Assembly: GCF_000143415.4 (NCBI RefSeq)
Contig: NW_003314299.1
Coordinates: forward strand, 544,229-608,228
Direction: 5' to 3'
DNA from: Selaginella moellendorffii
Taxonomy: Eukaryota > Plantae > Lycopodiophyta
Length of the DNA stretch: 64,000 bases
Shown here: positions 11,942 through 22,211 of the stretch, in pieces
How the letters are laid out: every line of letters begins with the position of its first letter
How positions within the stretch are numbered: position 1 is the first letter of the stretch
Position numbers and translations under genes: made by a program
The notes under the pieces: generated by a model
What the model saw: only the letters and a program-made list of their open reading frames with translations
Told to the model about the DNA's origin: nothing
Databases searched by the model: none

Positions 11942-12730
11942 TTTTTTTTCCAAGACGACCAAAGTTGACGGATCACATACGTATCAAATCTCAAAAAGAA
12001 ATCTCGTTTTGACTAAGTTCTTGGGTATACTTTGCGTGATGGAGGAACAATTGGTTATAGAAAACAAACTTGAGTGCGTGCCACGCGAATCTCTCCACGT
12101 ACCAAATGATGCAATCCAAAGTTTTGTTATTCTTTTCTTTCCCAGATATACACGCCTTTCTTTTTCTCTCGCTCCCACCGGATCAAAGATCACGCCACAG
12201 TTGTGAATCACAATAGGCGCAAACCTACAAATCTCTCGTCAGAAACGCTGAAGAGATAATAGAGAGAACAATCTAGCTTGTGATCACGCGTGGGTGGCAA
12301 ATTATTCCATTAGTTATTGGCGCGCAAGTGGCACGACAAGTGTTGTACTTTATGATTCCCGCTTGCTTTTCCAGCCCAACCAAACACACACTCACAATTT
12401 TTACAGTGATTTTCCAATCGATTTGCTGTTTGCTAGGTAGGAGTTCTCGATATCAACATTCTTTCGAACACCGTTACTGGGCTGAAAGGGCCCAGACTTT
12501 TCCACCCAGAGGACGAATCAAAACATCGTTGGCTGTACCGCAAAGCTGTGGTCTCGTCCGTTTATCATTCATATCAGGGACTCCTCCTATCATTTTGCCA
12601 CCCTCCCAGACAAATGCTGCTGCTAGATCATGAAAGTAATCGAGAATGGTCAAAAAAAACCCGTGGTGGTTTCGTAATGTATAAAGCTTGCCAGAAGGAG
12701 AGCCACAGTAAAAGTATTTGATGCTAGCGA

Positions 12731-14509
12731 TCATATGCTGGACAATAGCACATATGGGGCCGAATCTTGCGAGTCAAAGCCTCCCACCTTGGCGCTCGTC
12801 GGTCGTCCGTGAGTCCTGAAAGCGCTCAGCAGGATCGTGGAGCCGGCGTCCTGTGCCGGGAATGGCATGTCTTTGAGAAGTTCCTGGGCCTTTGCGACGA
12901 GCCCCGATCGCCCAAGAGCGTCCATCACGCAGTGGTAGTGGTGGATCCCCGGCATTATGTTGTGCTCCAAGATCATCGCGGAGAAGTATCGCTTGATTGT
13001 CTCCACGGAGCCCAGCCTGCTGCAAGCCGCGAGAACGCTCGAGAATGAGACCTCATCGGGTCTCAAGCCCTCGCACTGCATCTCGCTAAACGTTTCCAGA
13101 GCTCTTACAAAGTGCCCATTCTGGGCATATGCTTGGATCATTGCATTCCACGACACCGTGTTTCTCAGAGGCATGGATTGGAAGCATCTGCTAGCAGCAC
13201 TAAGAATTCCAGACTTACCACACGATGCGACTATAGAATTCCATGTAACCGAGTCTTTCCATCTAAGCTCATCAAACAAGCTTTTAGTTTCAGAAACATA
13301 GCCTTGCTGGGCATAAGCCGCAATCATAGTGTTCCACGAAACAATGTCGTACTGTGGCATGCAATCAAACAGGCCTTTTGCTTGCTCGAAGTGTCCGTAC
13401 TCGGCATAGCAACCCACTATGCTTGTCCAAGTTACTAAATCCCGCTCCACCATCTTATCAAACAAAGTGGTACATTCTTGGATATGCCCAAGCCGAGCGT
13501 ATGCCTGAATTAACGTGTTCCAAGCACAAAGATCCGGCTCCTTGATGCCGTCAAAAACCTCCTTTGCTTTTGACAAGCTTCCGTTTTGAGCATATGCCTC
13601 CACCATGCACGTCCAAGATACCAGATTCCTCTGCGGCATCTTGTTAAACAGCCGCAAAGCATCCTTTAAGTAACCACGCTGCGCATAAGCGGCGATCATC
13701 AAATTCCAAGACGTGAGATCTCTCTCCGGCATTCGGTAGAACACTTCTATTGCGTGATCCAGGCAGCCATTCTTGAGATTCGCAGTTAAAAGTGCGTTCC
13801 AAGCAACAACATCGCGATCGTCCATTCTCTCAAAGAGCCGCTGAGATTCTTGCAGATGCCCTGTCTCGGCATATGCCACCAGCATCGTTGTCCACGTCAC
13901 CACGCTTCTCTCTGGCATCGACTCGAACATGCGACGTGCCTCTACCAAATGCCCGTGCTGTGCGTAGGCCTGCAAGAGGGCGTTCCAAGATACCAGTGTC
14001 CTCTCAGGCATATTCGCAAACAAGGAGCTAGACTCCTCAAGATTCCCTGTTGTAGCATATGCCGAAAGCACTGTCGTCCACGTCTGCACGTTCCTTTCAG
14101 GCATGCAATTAAAAATCTCCTCAACTTTGTTTATATCCCTTGTCTGCGAATATGCTTTAAGTATGGCATTCCACGTTACTACCTCCCTTTGTGGTATCTT
14201 TTGGAACAGTGCCCTTGCTTCTTCAAGATGCCCATTCCTGGCATATGCCTCGATGATGATATTCCAGGAATATAGATTGGGAGACGGCAGGGATTCGAAC
14301 ACGCGTAAGGCGTGATCCAAGCTCCCACATTTGCCGTACATCTCGATGAGGAGATTGGAGATGTACGTGTTGTGGATCTGCCCTCCTTTGCGAATGCGAG
14401 AGTGGAGTTTTTTGGCCTGGGAGAGCTCTTTGGCGTCTCCACACGACTTTACTTTGCGAGCCAGTGAGACGAGATCTTCGTGTTGGACACTGCGTGATCC
14501 ATAACTCAT
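12731..14509 (-). CDS. PLS-class PPR protein with truncated E domain
   Basis: LLIEMYGKCG cap; tandem short PPR motifs; HYHCVMDALGRSG; ends PYVLLSSI. Likely start is MSYGSRS at 14509. Confidence 0.92.
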   Translation of the reverse strand: MSYGSRSVQHEDLVSLARKVKSCGDAKELSQAKKLHSRIRKGGQIHNTYISNLLIEMYGKCGSLDHALRVFESLPSPNLYSWNIIIEAYARNGHLEEARALFQKIPQREVVTWNAILKAYSQTRDINKVEEIFNCMPERNVQTWTTVLSAYATTGNLEESSSLFANMPERTLVSWNALLQAYAQHGHLVEARRMFESMPERSVVTWTTMLVAYAETGHLQESQRLFERMDDRDVVAWNALLTANLKNGCLDHAIEVFYRMPERDLTSWNLMIAAYAQRGYLKDALRLFNKMPQRNLVSWTCMVEAYAQNGSLSKAKEVFDGIKEPDLCAWNTLIQAYARLGHIQECTTLFDKMVERDLVTWTSIVGCYAEYGHFEQAKGLFDCMPQYDIVSWNTMIAAYAQQGYVSETKSLFDELRWKDSVTWNSIVASCGKSGILSAASRCFQSMPLRNTVSWNAMIQAYAQNGHFVRALETFSEMQCEGLRPDEVSFSSVLAACSRLGSVETIKRYFSAMILEHNIMPGIHHYHCVMDALGRSGLVAKAQELLKDMPFPAQDAGSTILLSAFRTHGRPTSAKVGGFDSQDSAPYVLLSSI

Positions 14510-14586
14510 GGCATCATGAAACTCCGCAAACTTCCATGTATTTACAAACTTAGCAGAAGAACTATAAAAAAAACCCAAGCTGTTTG

Positions 14587-15939
14587 CTAGATGCAAGCTC
14601 CAGCGCAGTTTACCAGGTCTCGCAGATGGCTCGACGCCAGATCTTCGTTCCCCTGCGAAAAAGAAGAATTTTTCATGAGCCTGGACCGAGTTTAGCATCA
14701 ACATACCTCCCAGTCGATCGCACGAAGGTTCAACTCATACGTTACCCTTCCAGCAGACGCCTCCATCTCCGCGCGATTGGCGACCATAAACTTCCACTGC
14801 GTTTCCTTGCCTCGAATTATGGTCACTCTGCGATGCTCGACGTTGCAAACGCTGAAGCGCTTTGCGAAGGAGTCGCGACCCAGTGGCCAACGCAAACCGC
14901 CCTTGACAGTGTCATCTATAACAGCAGCGCTGGCCAGTGCTTCATAGGCAGCTCTCTCCTCGTCCTGTTTCTAGGAAAACTTAGCTCTCGATCAACAGCA
15001 AAGGAAGACTTAACTGGAACGTCGGTAAGCAGCGTCTCAGAGTAGACTGCGATACGCAAGTCCGTTTTGCGTCCTACGCACAGATAATCAGACACAAGAT
15101 GCCTTAATGGATCAAGCTTGAGCTGCTCAAGTTTCAATGATTATCACCCAGAAATCTGGCCAAAGACCAATACCTTCTTCAAGACTAGAGAATGCTCGCT
15201 TTCATGAGCTCGCTCGCACACACACCTGACAAGGTAACGAGGACGATCGATGTTTTTCACCTGTGAGCAAGCGATCAAGCGCAAGGAAGCTTATGGAAAG
15301 TAGTTACCCGGAAGTGATAGCGTTCGCAAGTGATGACTTCCACAGCCTCTTGTTGTAGAGCAAGGTGCTCAAACTGGTGGAAAAGTTCTGGCGTTATTGC
15401 TGTGTGGAAGGTCCTCCTAAGCCTAGAGGATTCCTCCTCAAGATATGCTGGACTGAAGCTTTGGACCTGTTGGGTATCTTTTCGGAACACAATCGTTCCA
15501 AGTCGCAAAACCATCTTGAGCTTGCCTCGTGAATCGTGCACGCTCGAAGCTGCAAGCGACTCTGGCCCGCGTCGCGTCGCTGTCATAACATCCAGAGAGA
15601 GGGACTCTATTCCAATGTTCTCAGCCAGAGATCCATTGGTGTTTCCTGGCACAAAAAAGGGAAGTTTGAGTGAGAATGATTTTCTTTGATCGTACCTGGA
15701 TGATCGCCGTCGTCCACAACAGTGACAATGTACTGCTGCTTACCATCCAGATGAGCGTAGGTCTCCCCTTGAAAAACCTGGAATTGGAGGCGCGCCTCGC
15801 CGGAGAGGACATGAAACTGTAAAATGCAGCTAGCAGCTTCCCTGATCACCGGAAATGGAACGGTGATCCTCCGCCCGCCCAGCGCCTGGGGCGATCGCTT
15901 GGCCTCCCCGAGGCGCCTGTGAGGTGGAACGTAAGGCAT
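14587..15939 (-). CDS. Plant uncharacterised protein, MAYIPPH(K/R)R-type (DUF7903-like), multi-exon
   Basis: Starts MPYVPPHRR; KMVLRLGTIVFR; LRRTFHTAI; RHLVSDYLCVGRKTDLRIAV; GQCGLRWPLGRDS. GT-AG introns lead to a last exon GNEDLASSHLRDLVNCAGACI*. Confidence 0.75.
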
Positions 15940-16026
15940 TTTGACGCTAGAACCCTAATAGAGCATCCCTATCTTGGGGCATTTTCAAAATTTCGCGCGC
16001 TTTATTGTAATGACGTGACAAATCTT

Positions 16027-16720
16027 TTAGTCGTCGTCTTTAAATTCCCTGGAATGGCGAGAAGATCATAGATTTAGCACTCAAATTCGCACGAATCGAG
16101 AGGGCAGACCTTCGATCCAAGAAACGAGGTTGAATTCCAGTTCCCTGGCAAGTGGTGCAAGTGATCGATCCAGCGCCATCGCAGTTCACGCACTTGGATT
16201 TCTCCGACTCGCCGGATCCCAGCGCGATGGCGATGGTACCGCTGCCTACACAGAACCGGCAAGTTTCTTCTCGATGGAATTCATCCACCCAGGGCCATTG
16301 ATCAAGAGGAATTCTCAGTGATCGCGAATTCAAGGGAGAAATGGATCGAAAAGCTTACGTGATCCTGTTCCACTGCAAGGGAAGCATGGCTGATCGTTTA
16401 GTCGTTTCTCGGCCCCTTTTACTTGGGTCTCGTAAAAGACCGGGATCCCAATTCCCACAGCGATTCCTGCCAATCCCACGCCCACTGCCAGCAGCTGGAA
16501 GCCGAGAAATCGATCCAATTTCGCCGTGGATTCGATGAAGATAGAGCAAATGTGGGTCGAAAATTCCAGAGGAAGAACTTACCGTGTCTTGATCCAATTC
16601 CAGCGCCCTTATGGGAGCGAGGATCCTCCGGCGATTCCTTCCAGGAATATTCTTCTTGTGCGCTCTGCTTAGTGACGATGGCAGCGAGAGGGACGCCGCA
16701 GTGTAGCTTACAGTCGCCAT
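16027..16720 (-). CDS. LQY1: Thylakoid DnaJ-type zinc-finger protein disulfide isomerase
   Basis: ALELDQDT; TM GLAGIAVGIGIPVFYETQ; four CxxCxGxG motifs (CFPCSGTG, CRFCVGSG, CVNCDGAG, CTTCQGTG); ends QPRFLDRREFKDDD. Confidence 0.93.
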
Positions 16721-16751
16721 GGCCGGATTGAGCACCAGCGGCCAGATCACA

Positions 16752-16795
16752 GCCACGTGGCCTATGGATTAGCCGCAACATTATGCTGACGTGGC
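16752..16795. promoter_or_regulatory. G-box (GCCACGTGGC) and TGACGTGGC element in a bidirectional promoter
   Basis: Perfect palindromic G-box at 16752-16761 and TGACGTGGC at 16787-16795, between divergent ATGs 93 bp apart. Confidence 0.6.
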
Positions 16796-16813
16796 GAGTT
16801 CGGACCGTCCGAT

Positions 16814-19102
16814 ATGGAGCGAATTCAAACTGTGGCTCCGCCACTGAAGAACGAGGACGCGATCAAGGATCGCCGCGAGGAGCTGTGCCTGGAGCTTAAG
16901 ATCTGCGACAATCTCGAGCGCGGCAAGAGGATCCACTCGATCATCTCCGGCAGCGAGCATCACCGGCGCGACAAGCTCCTGGCCAATTTCCTGATCCACA
17001 TGTATGGGCGCTGCGGCAGCGTGGAGGGCGCTCGCGCGGTCTTTGATTCCATCCCGGAGCCCAATGTCTTCTCCTGGAACATGATCATCCAGGCGTATGC
17101 CCGTAACCGGCATATAGATTCGGCGCGAGCGCTCTTCGAGAGAGCCCCGCAAACCGATGTTCTCACCTGGAATTCCATGATCGCCTCGTACGCCCAGGAG
17201 GGAAAACTCACGGAATCGAAGAACCTTTTTGATCGGATGCCCGAGAAGAACGTCGTCTCTTGGAATTCGATCTTACAAGCATATGCCCAAAACCAGCAAC
17301 TTAGCAAAGCTCAGACCATCTTTGAGACAATGCCCGAATGGAACGTTGTTTCATGGAACACTTTAATCTTAGCATATGCCCAGCATGGGGATTTGCGTAA
17401 AGCTCAGCTCTTGTTTGAAAATCTAGAATTTGCAAACTCAATCTCATGGAATACTATACTATCGGGATATCTACAAGCTGGAAATTTCACTAAAGCTAAA
17501 GAACTGTTTGATCGAATGCCCTTGCCAGATATAGTGTCGTGGAACACTTTGGTAGGGGCATTTGCCCAAGCTGGGCTTTTTGGCATGGCTTTTAGTTTGT
17601 TTAGGCAGATGCCCGGGTGGGATTCTGTGACGTGGACGGCCCTGATTCAAAGTAGCGGCCATTACCAAAACTGGGATGGAATTCGTTACCTGTATGATAG
17701 AATGCCAAAGGAAGACATGGCAGTGTGGAATTCGCTTTTACTGGCTTATGCCCACAATGGGCATTTTGTTGGAGCGCATAAGGTATTTCACGAAATGCCG
17801 CGATGGAGCGTAACTTCTTGGAACTCAATGGTAATTCTCTATGGTAACTCTGGCGAGTTTGACTCCGCCGAGGGTTTTGTTTCTATGATGCCTGAGAGGG
17901 ACATAGTGACGTGGACAGTGCTGCTGGCGGCATATGCCCAAGCTGGGCGTACGGAATGCGCCAGGCGCGTGTATGAGTTTATGCCCGAGCACAATGTGGT
18001 CAGCTGGAACGCGATGATCCAAGCGTACGGACTTAATGGATCCTTAGAGAACGCCAGGAGCTTGTTTCACGACACAATGCGAGACAAGGACATTGTCTCT
18101 TTCACTTCTATGATCCAAGCTTACGCGCAGAACAACGATCTCGAGGGCGCCGTACGAACGTTTGAGAGAATGCCGTACTGGGACGTCGTCGCCTGGACGA
18201 CCATGATCACCGTTTACGCTCAGTATGGAGATTTGGAGTCGGCGATAGACGTGTTTAACTCGATGCCACAGAGGAACTTAGTGACTTGGACGGCTATGAT
18301 CCAAGCTTATTGCTCCAGAGGCCATTTGGAGGAGGCCAAGAGTTTGATGGACAAGCTTCCAGTGTGGAGCATCACACTGGGTAATGTTTTGCTGCAAGCA
18401 TATGCCCAGAATGGTTATACAGAGCTCACAAGACAAGTCTTTGATGCCATGCCCAAAAAGGATATAGTCACCTGGACGAGCATGCTGTCGGCTCACGCTC
18501 AAAACATGGAGCTCTTGGAAGCCGAGAAGCTCTTCTCTGAGATGCCGGAGTGGAGTTCCACAGTTTGGAACGCGTTGCTGGCCGCTTATGCTCGCAATGG
18601 AAAGCTGGAAAAAGTGAGAAGAACGTTTGAGATGGTACCGGAGAAGGAGATTGTTACCTGGAGTGCGGCTATCTCGGCTTGCGCGCACTTGGGCGATGGA
18701 AGACAAGCGATCGAGCTGTTCAAGAGGGTCGAGAACGAAGGCCTCCGAGTGACCGAGGTGTCGGTGACAAGCGCGTTGGTGGCTTGTAGGCACCTTGGTT
18801 TGCTCGAGGAAAGCTGCAAGTACTTCGTTTCGATGCTGTATGACCGTGACATAGTGGCTGGCAGCGAGCATTACTGCTCCATGGTTGACATACTTGGTCG
18901 CTTGGGAGAACTCGAGAAGGCTGAGGACTTGATCCAAAACATGCCGTTTGAGCCTGTTGCGAGTGCCTGGGGGAGCCTCCTTGCATCGTGCAGGACCCAT
19001 TGTGACGTCGAGCGTGCTAAAACAGCGGCCAAGAATCTCTCCAAGTTGAATCCTAAAAACGCTGCAGCGCTTGTGATGTTGAAGAACATCCAGTTCGAGT
19101 GA
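16814..19102 (+). CDS. PLS-class PPR protein with E domain
   Basis: 762-aa intronless ORF; FLIHMYGRCG cap; many short repeats; HYCSMVDILGRLG..AWGSLLASCRTH. Confidence 0.93.
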   Translation: MERIQTVAPPLKNEDAIKDRREELCLELKICDNLERGKRIHSIISGSEHHRRDKLLANFLIHMYGRCGSVEGARAVFDSIPEPNVFSWNMIIQAYARNRHIDSARALFERAPQTDVLTWNSMIASYAQEGKLTESKNLFDRMPEKNVVSWNSILQAYAQNQQLSKAQTIFETMPEWNVVSWNTLILAYAQHGDLRKAQLLFENLEFANSISWNTILSGYLQAGNFTKAKELFDRMPLPDIVSWNTLVGAFAQAGLFGMAFSLFRQMPGWDSVTWTALIQSSGHYQNWDGIRYLYDRMPKEDMAVWNSLLLAYAHNGHFVGAHKVFHEMPRWSVTSWNSMVILYGNSGEFDSAEGFVSMMPERDIVTWTVLLAAYAQAGRTECARRVYEFMPEHNVVSWNAMIQAYGLNGSLENARSLFHDTMRDKDIVSFTSMIQAYAQNNDLEGAVRTFERMPYWDVVAWTTMITVYAQYGDLESAIDVFNSMPQRNLVTWTAMIQAYCSRGHLEEAKSLMDKLPVWSITLGNVLLQAYAQNGYTELTRQVFDAMPKKDIVTWTSMLSAHAQNMELLEAEKLFSEMPEWSSTVWNALLAAYARNGKLEKVRRTFEMVPEKEIVTWSAAISACAHLGDGRQAIELFKRVENEGLRVTEVSVTSALVACRHLGLLEESCKYFVSMLYDRDIVAGSEHYCSMVDILGRLGELEKAEDLIQNMPFEPVASAWGSLLASCRTHCDVERAKTAAKNLSKLNPKNAAALVMLKNIQFE

Positions 19103-19120
19103 AACAAGAAAACACTTATC

Positions 19121-20309
19121 TCACTGACTTTGAAGGGTTTCGAGTGTAGCATCTAGCTTCTGGCCAAGTGTAGTGATCCAGATCTGTACCGCAAACACTG
19201 AGAGTAAAAACTGCATCGATTGTTTTTGTACCTGGTCGAGAGGAGAGAAGCCTCGGATAGTATCGCCCGCCAGTATCAGAACACCGGAGTCTCCCAAAGG
19301 TTGGATTATGACAGACTGAAACAAAGTGCTGCATTTCAATCGCCTGCTAGAAAAGTTGCGTACCTGGGTGTTTTGAGGCAGGAAAGGGAGTTCATAGCGA
19401 CCCGGGTACAAAGAAAGGTTGGCCAAGTATGATTCTAGTCAAAACTTTGGTGAGAAAAACGAATGACACAGTCTCGCATCTGAAACTCACGTTTACCACT
19501 GGCTAGAGCAGCCGTGCATAAAGTTCCTCTCATGACGCTGAGCCCATCGATTTTGTAGGCGTCACCTTCCTGATCCGCAGCTATTCCCGCTTGAAAGACG
19601 CATCGCATCTTATATAACACAACAAAAGACTTGCAGCAAGTCGTCTTGCTCATTGTCTCCCAGGCCCTGCCAAACGCACTCACTAGTCAAGAAAAAAATC
19701 GCGAAGAAACAAAAATGTACCATACAAGCTCCGCTTTCGCTTCTTCAGACGATAAATACACCCTCATGCATTGTACTCCATCCAACTCTACCTGAAAGGA
19801 CATAGATAATGAAACATTCTTTTGCAGTGGAATGACTTCTTACAGGCTTGAAGCGTCTTGGTTGAATAGAGATCCAGACGAGTCCAGCGAGAAGCACAGT
19901 AGCAGCCAAGGCAACCACTAAAACATCCGCCCTCGATTGAGAACTGTTGTCCAGGACACTTCTCAGAGCTTTACAAGACAAGTAAAGTCTTACCTGCTTG
20001 CACCTGCGACGAGAGGAACACCAGAAAGTGTTCTATTCAAGAATACGAATCCAAACGAGCCAACTCCAATCGTCACAGGTACGGCTCGCACGAATGCCAA
20101 GTTTCTGGAAAACCAATCCTCGCTAGTTTCAAAGCCACCGCCTCGTTTTTGGAAAGAACACCTGGTCTGGAACATAAAGTCATGAAGAACAATAGAAAAA
20201 CAAATAAGAAGCTCACCTGAGAGCTTCTGAACGGCATCCTTGAAACAGCAAAGCGAGATAGAGAACCACATTTGCTACGAACGAAGAACACTGCATTTGC
20301 CATGGCCAT
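19121..20309 (-). CDS. CCB4: Cofactor assembly of complex C subunit B (cyt b6 heme ci) protein, multi-exon
   Basis: FLNRTLSGVPLVAGAS; SQSRADVLVVALAATVLLAGLVWISIQP; LANLSLYPGRYELPFLP; QPLGDSGVLILAGDTIRGFS; GQKLDATL. Confidence 0.88.
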
Positions 20310-20364
20310 CTCAATTGGAGAACCCTATCTTACATTCTATTAAGCAAAACCGGTGTCTTGATAT

Positions 20365-22211
20365 TCACTCCACCCATAGCAAGGATCCTGCAATAAGTAT
20401 ATTGCTTGGAAGAGGCCCAGGGCAGGGAGCAACATATGTAAGTTTCTTCCTGTAAGCAAAAGTAAACAAAAATCGAAATAAGAAGAAGAGCTTTACCTGT
20501 TAAGATCTACTTCAGTGACGTAGACAAATCCGGCAACGTTACTGCAAGCATACACCGGTGAGCAGTTGATTCACAAACAAAAACACGATCATACCATGCA
20601 AGAACTTGATCTGGATCTTTGCTGTAGGAAACTCCAAGCACTGCGTGGACAAGGTCTCGGTTAATGCTAACAGGGACAACTCTGGTAGGATCTGCGGTAG
20701 GCTCGGCACCGATGGGAAGAGCTGAACGAGGAGCCTGAGGCCCGCCACCAATGCGGACGACTTGGATGTCTTGAAAGTTCACAACGGAGGCATGAGGTGA
20801 TAATTCGTTCCATCGACCATAGAAGTAGTTCTGGAAAACCAAAAAAAAAAAGTAAGTAATCCGTTTCCAAGAAAAAGGAAAAATAAAAATAAAAACCTTT
20901 GTTCGCGTGAAACGACTTTGCTGCCTGTACTTCTGGTTGCGAGCCACCACACCACCAGACTTTTGAAGCTTGACAACATCTACGCCAGGCTTTAATCTCA
21001 AATAATCGTGCAGCATACTGTACACTTTCTCCTGAAAAAAGAGGTGTTACAACGATACTAAAGCATCAGCTAGATCATCGTACCTGGCCCAAAACCAGAA
21101 TGACATTAGCATTTAGCGCCTCGATGGAATGCAGAAGCAACTGAAATAGAAAGAAAAAACAAAACTCAGTCATAGCTCTCAGGATGAAAAGGCTACCTCA
21201 TAACCAACACCATCGACCCAGCCCATGGTGTTGATAACCATTCCAGAAGAGCGAGTTGCTATGTTCGACGCAAATTGTAGATCCAGTTGATGCGCGAGTT
21301 CTTTCACCAGAATTTTATACAATTCAGTGTTTACGCTGGACGGGAAAAGTAGCCTGTCAGTGCTCACACCATTTGCAACTGAAAAGAACTTCAAAGTACC
21401 TGGGAGTGGTGTGACCATAAAAGTAAACAAGAGGGACATCCAGAATGATCCCTTCCACGGGATCAACAGGCGTCTCGACGGGAGTTGCAGCGATTGCTCC
21501 CGAGAGCGTGATAGATCCTTGACCAATATCGAGGTCGACATACATTGGTTTCCATTGCTGACGAGCAGCCCAGCCAAGGAGCATCTTCGTAAGACTACTC
21601 TTTCCAGAATCAGTCGGGCCAACAACCATCACTCTGGGTCCCTGTTTGTTTCCGACTGTTAAAATGTATTCGGGAAAAGAACGAAGAAGAAAAAAGGTTC
21701 TTGCTTCTTACCTGCGTGAGTGGATTTGGAATCTCGCCAGGAGCGTTGTGAAGAGAAATTGCTGCTTCGCGAGCTCTCCTGCGCCTGTTTTCAAGCACCG
21801 CATGAACATTGACGTAGCTCACCATCGGTGTCTGAAAGAAAAAAAATCTCAGCAGCGATTCCTACTATAGTAGAAGAAATAGAGATTAATTTACCTCATC
21901 AGCGACATAGGCAACCTCTGATACGCCATCCAGCTCCAGAAGCGCACCACCCCACGTAAAAACCTGCTCAAACATCCCTCCTTACTTACTGAAAGAAGAA
22001 CAGACGAGAAACTCACAGCAAATTTTTGTGAGGGAGAGAAAGTGAGCCAGTACTGTGGAGGGAGCTCCGTGCCGAAAATCTCCGCCGTGCCGGCCACGAG
22101 CTGCATCCTGAGCGGCCCATCGACGCCTACCTCGACGCGCAGCTCGCTTTCCTTGCGGAGCTCAAATCTCCGCACCGCATCGCCAGGCGCGAGATTGCCA
22201 TCGGAAGCCAT
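20365..22211 (-). CDS. CLP1: CLP1 polyribonucleotide 5'-kinase / mRNA 3'-processing factor (CLPS3-like)
   Basis: ELRKESELRVEV; GTAEIFGTEL; P-loop GPTDSGKS; VDLDIGQGSITL; VINTMGWVDGVGYE; KSGGVV; RIGGGPQAPRSALPIGA; APCPGPLPS. Confidence 0.94.

Noticed and set aside
12474-12734. 86-aa ORF overlapping the PPR stop, considered as a frameshifted E+/DYW tail
   Set aside because: No PGxSW, HSE, CxxCH or DYW motif.
14510-14704. N-terminal 65 aa of the 657-aa PPR ORF taken as the real start
   Set aside because: It begins at a non-ATG codon within the upstream gene's last intron; ATG 14509 is more plausible.
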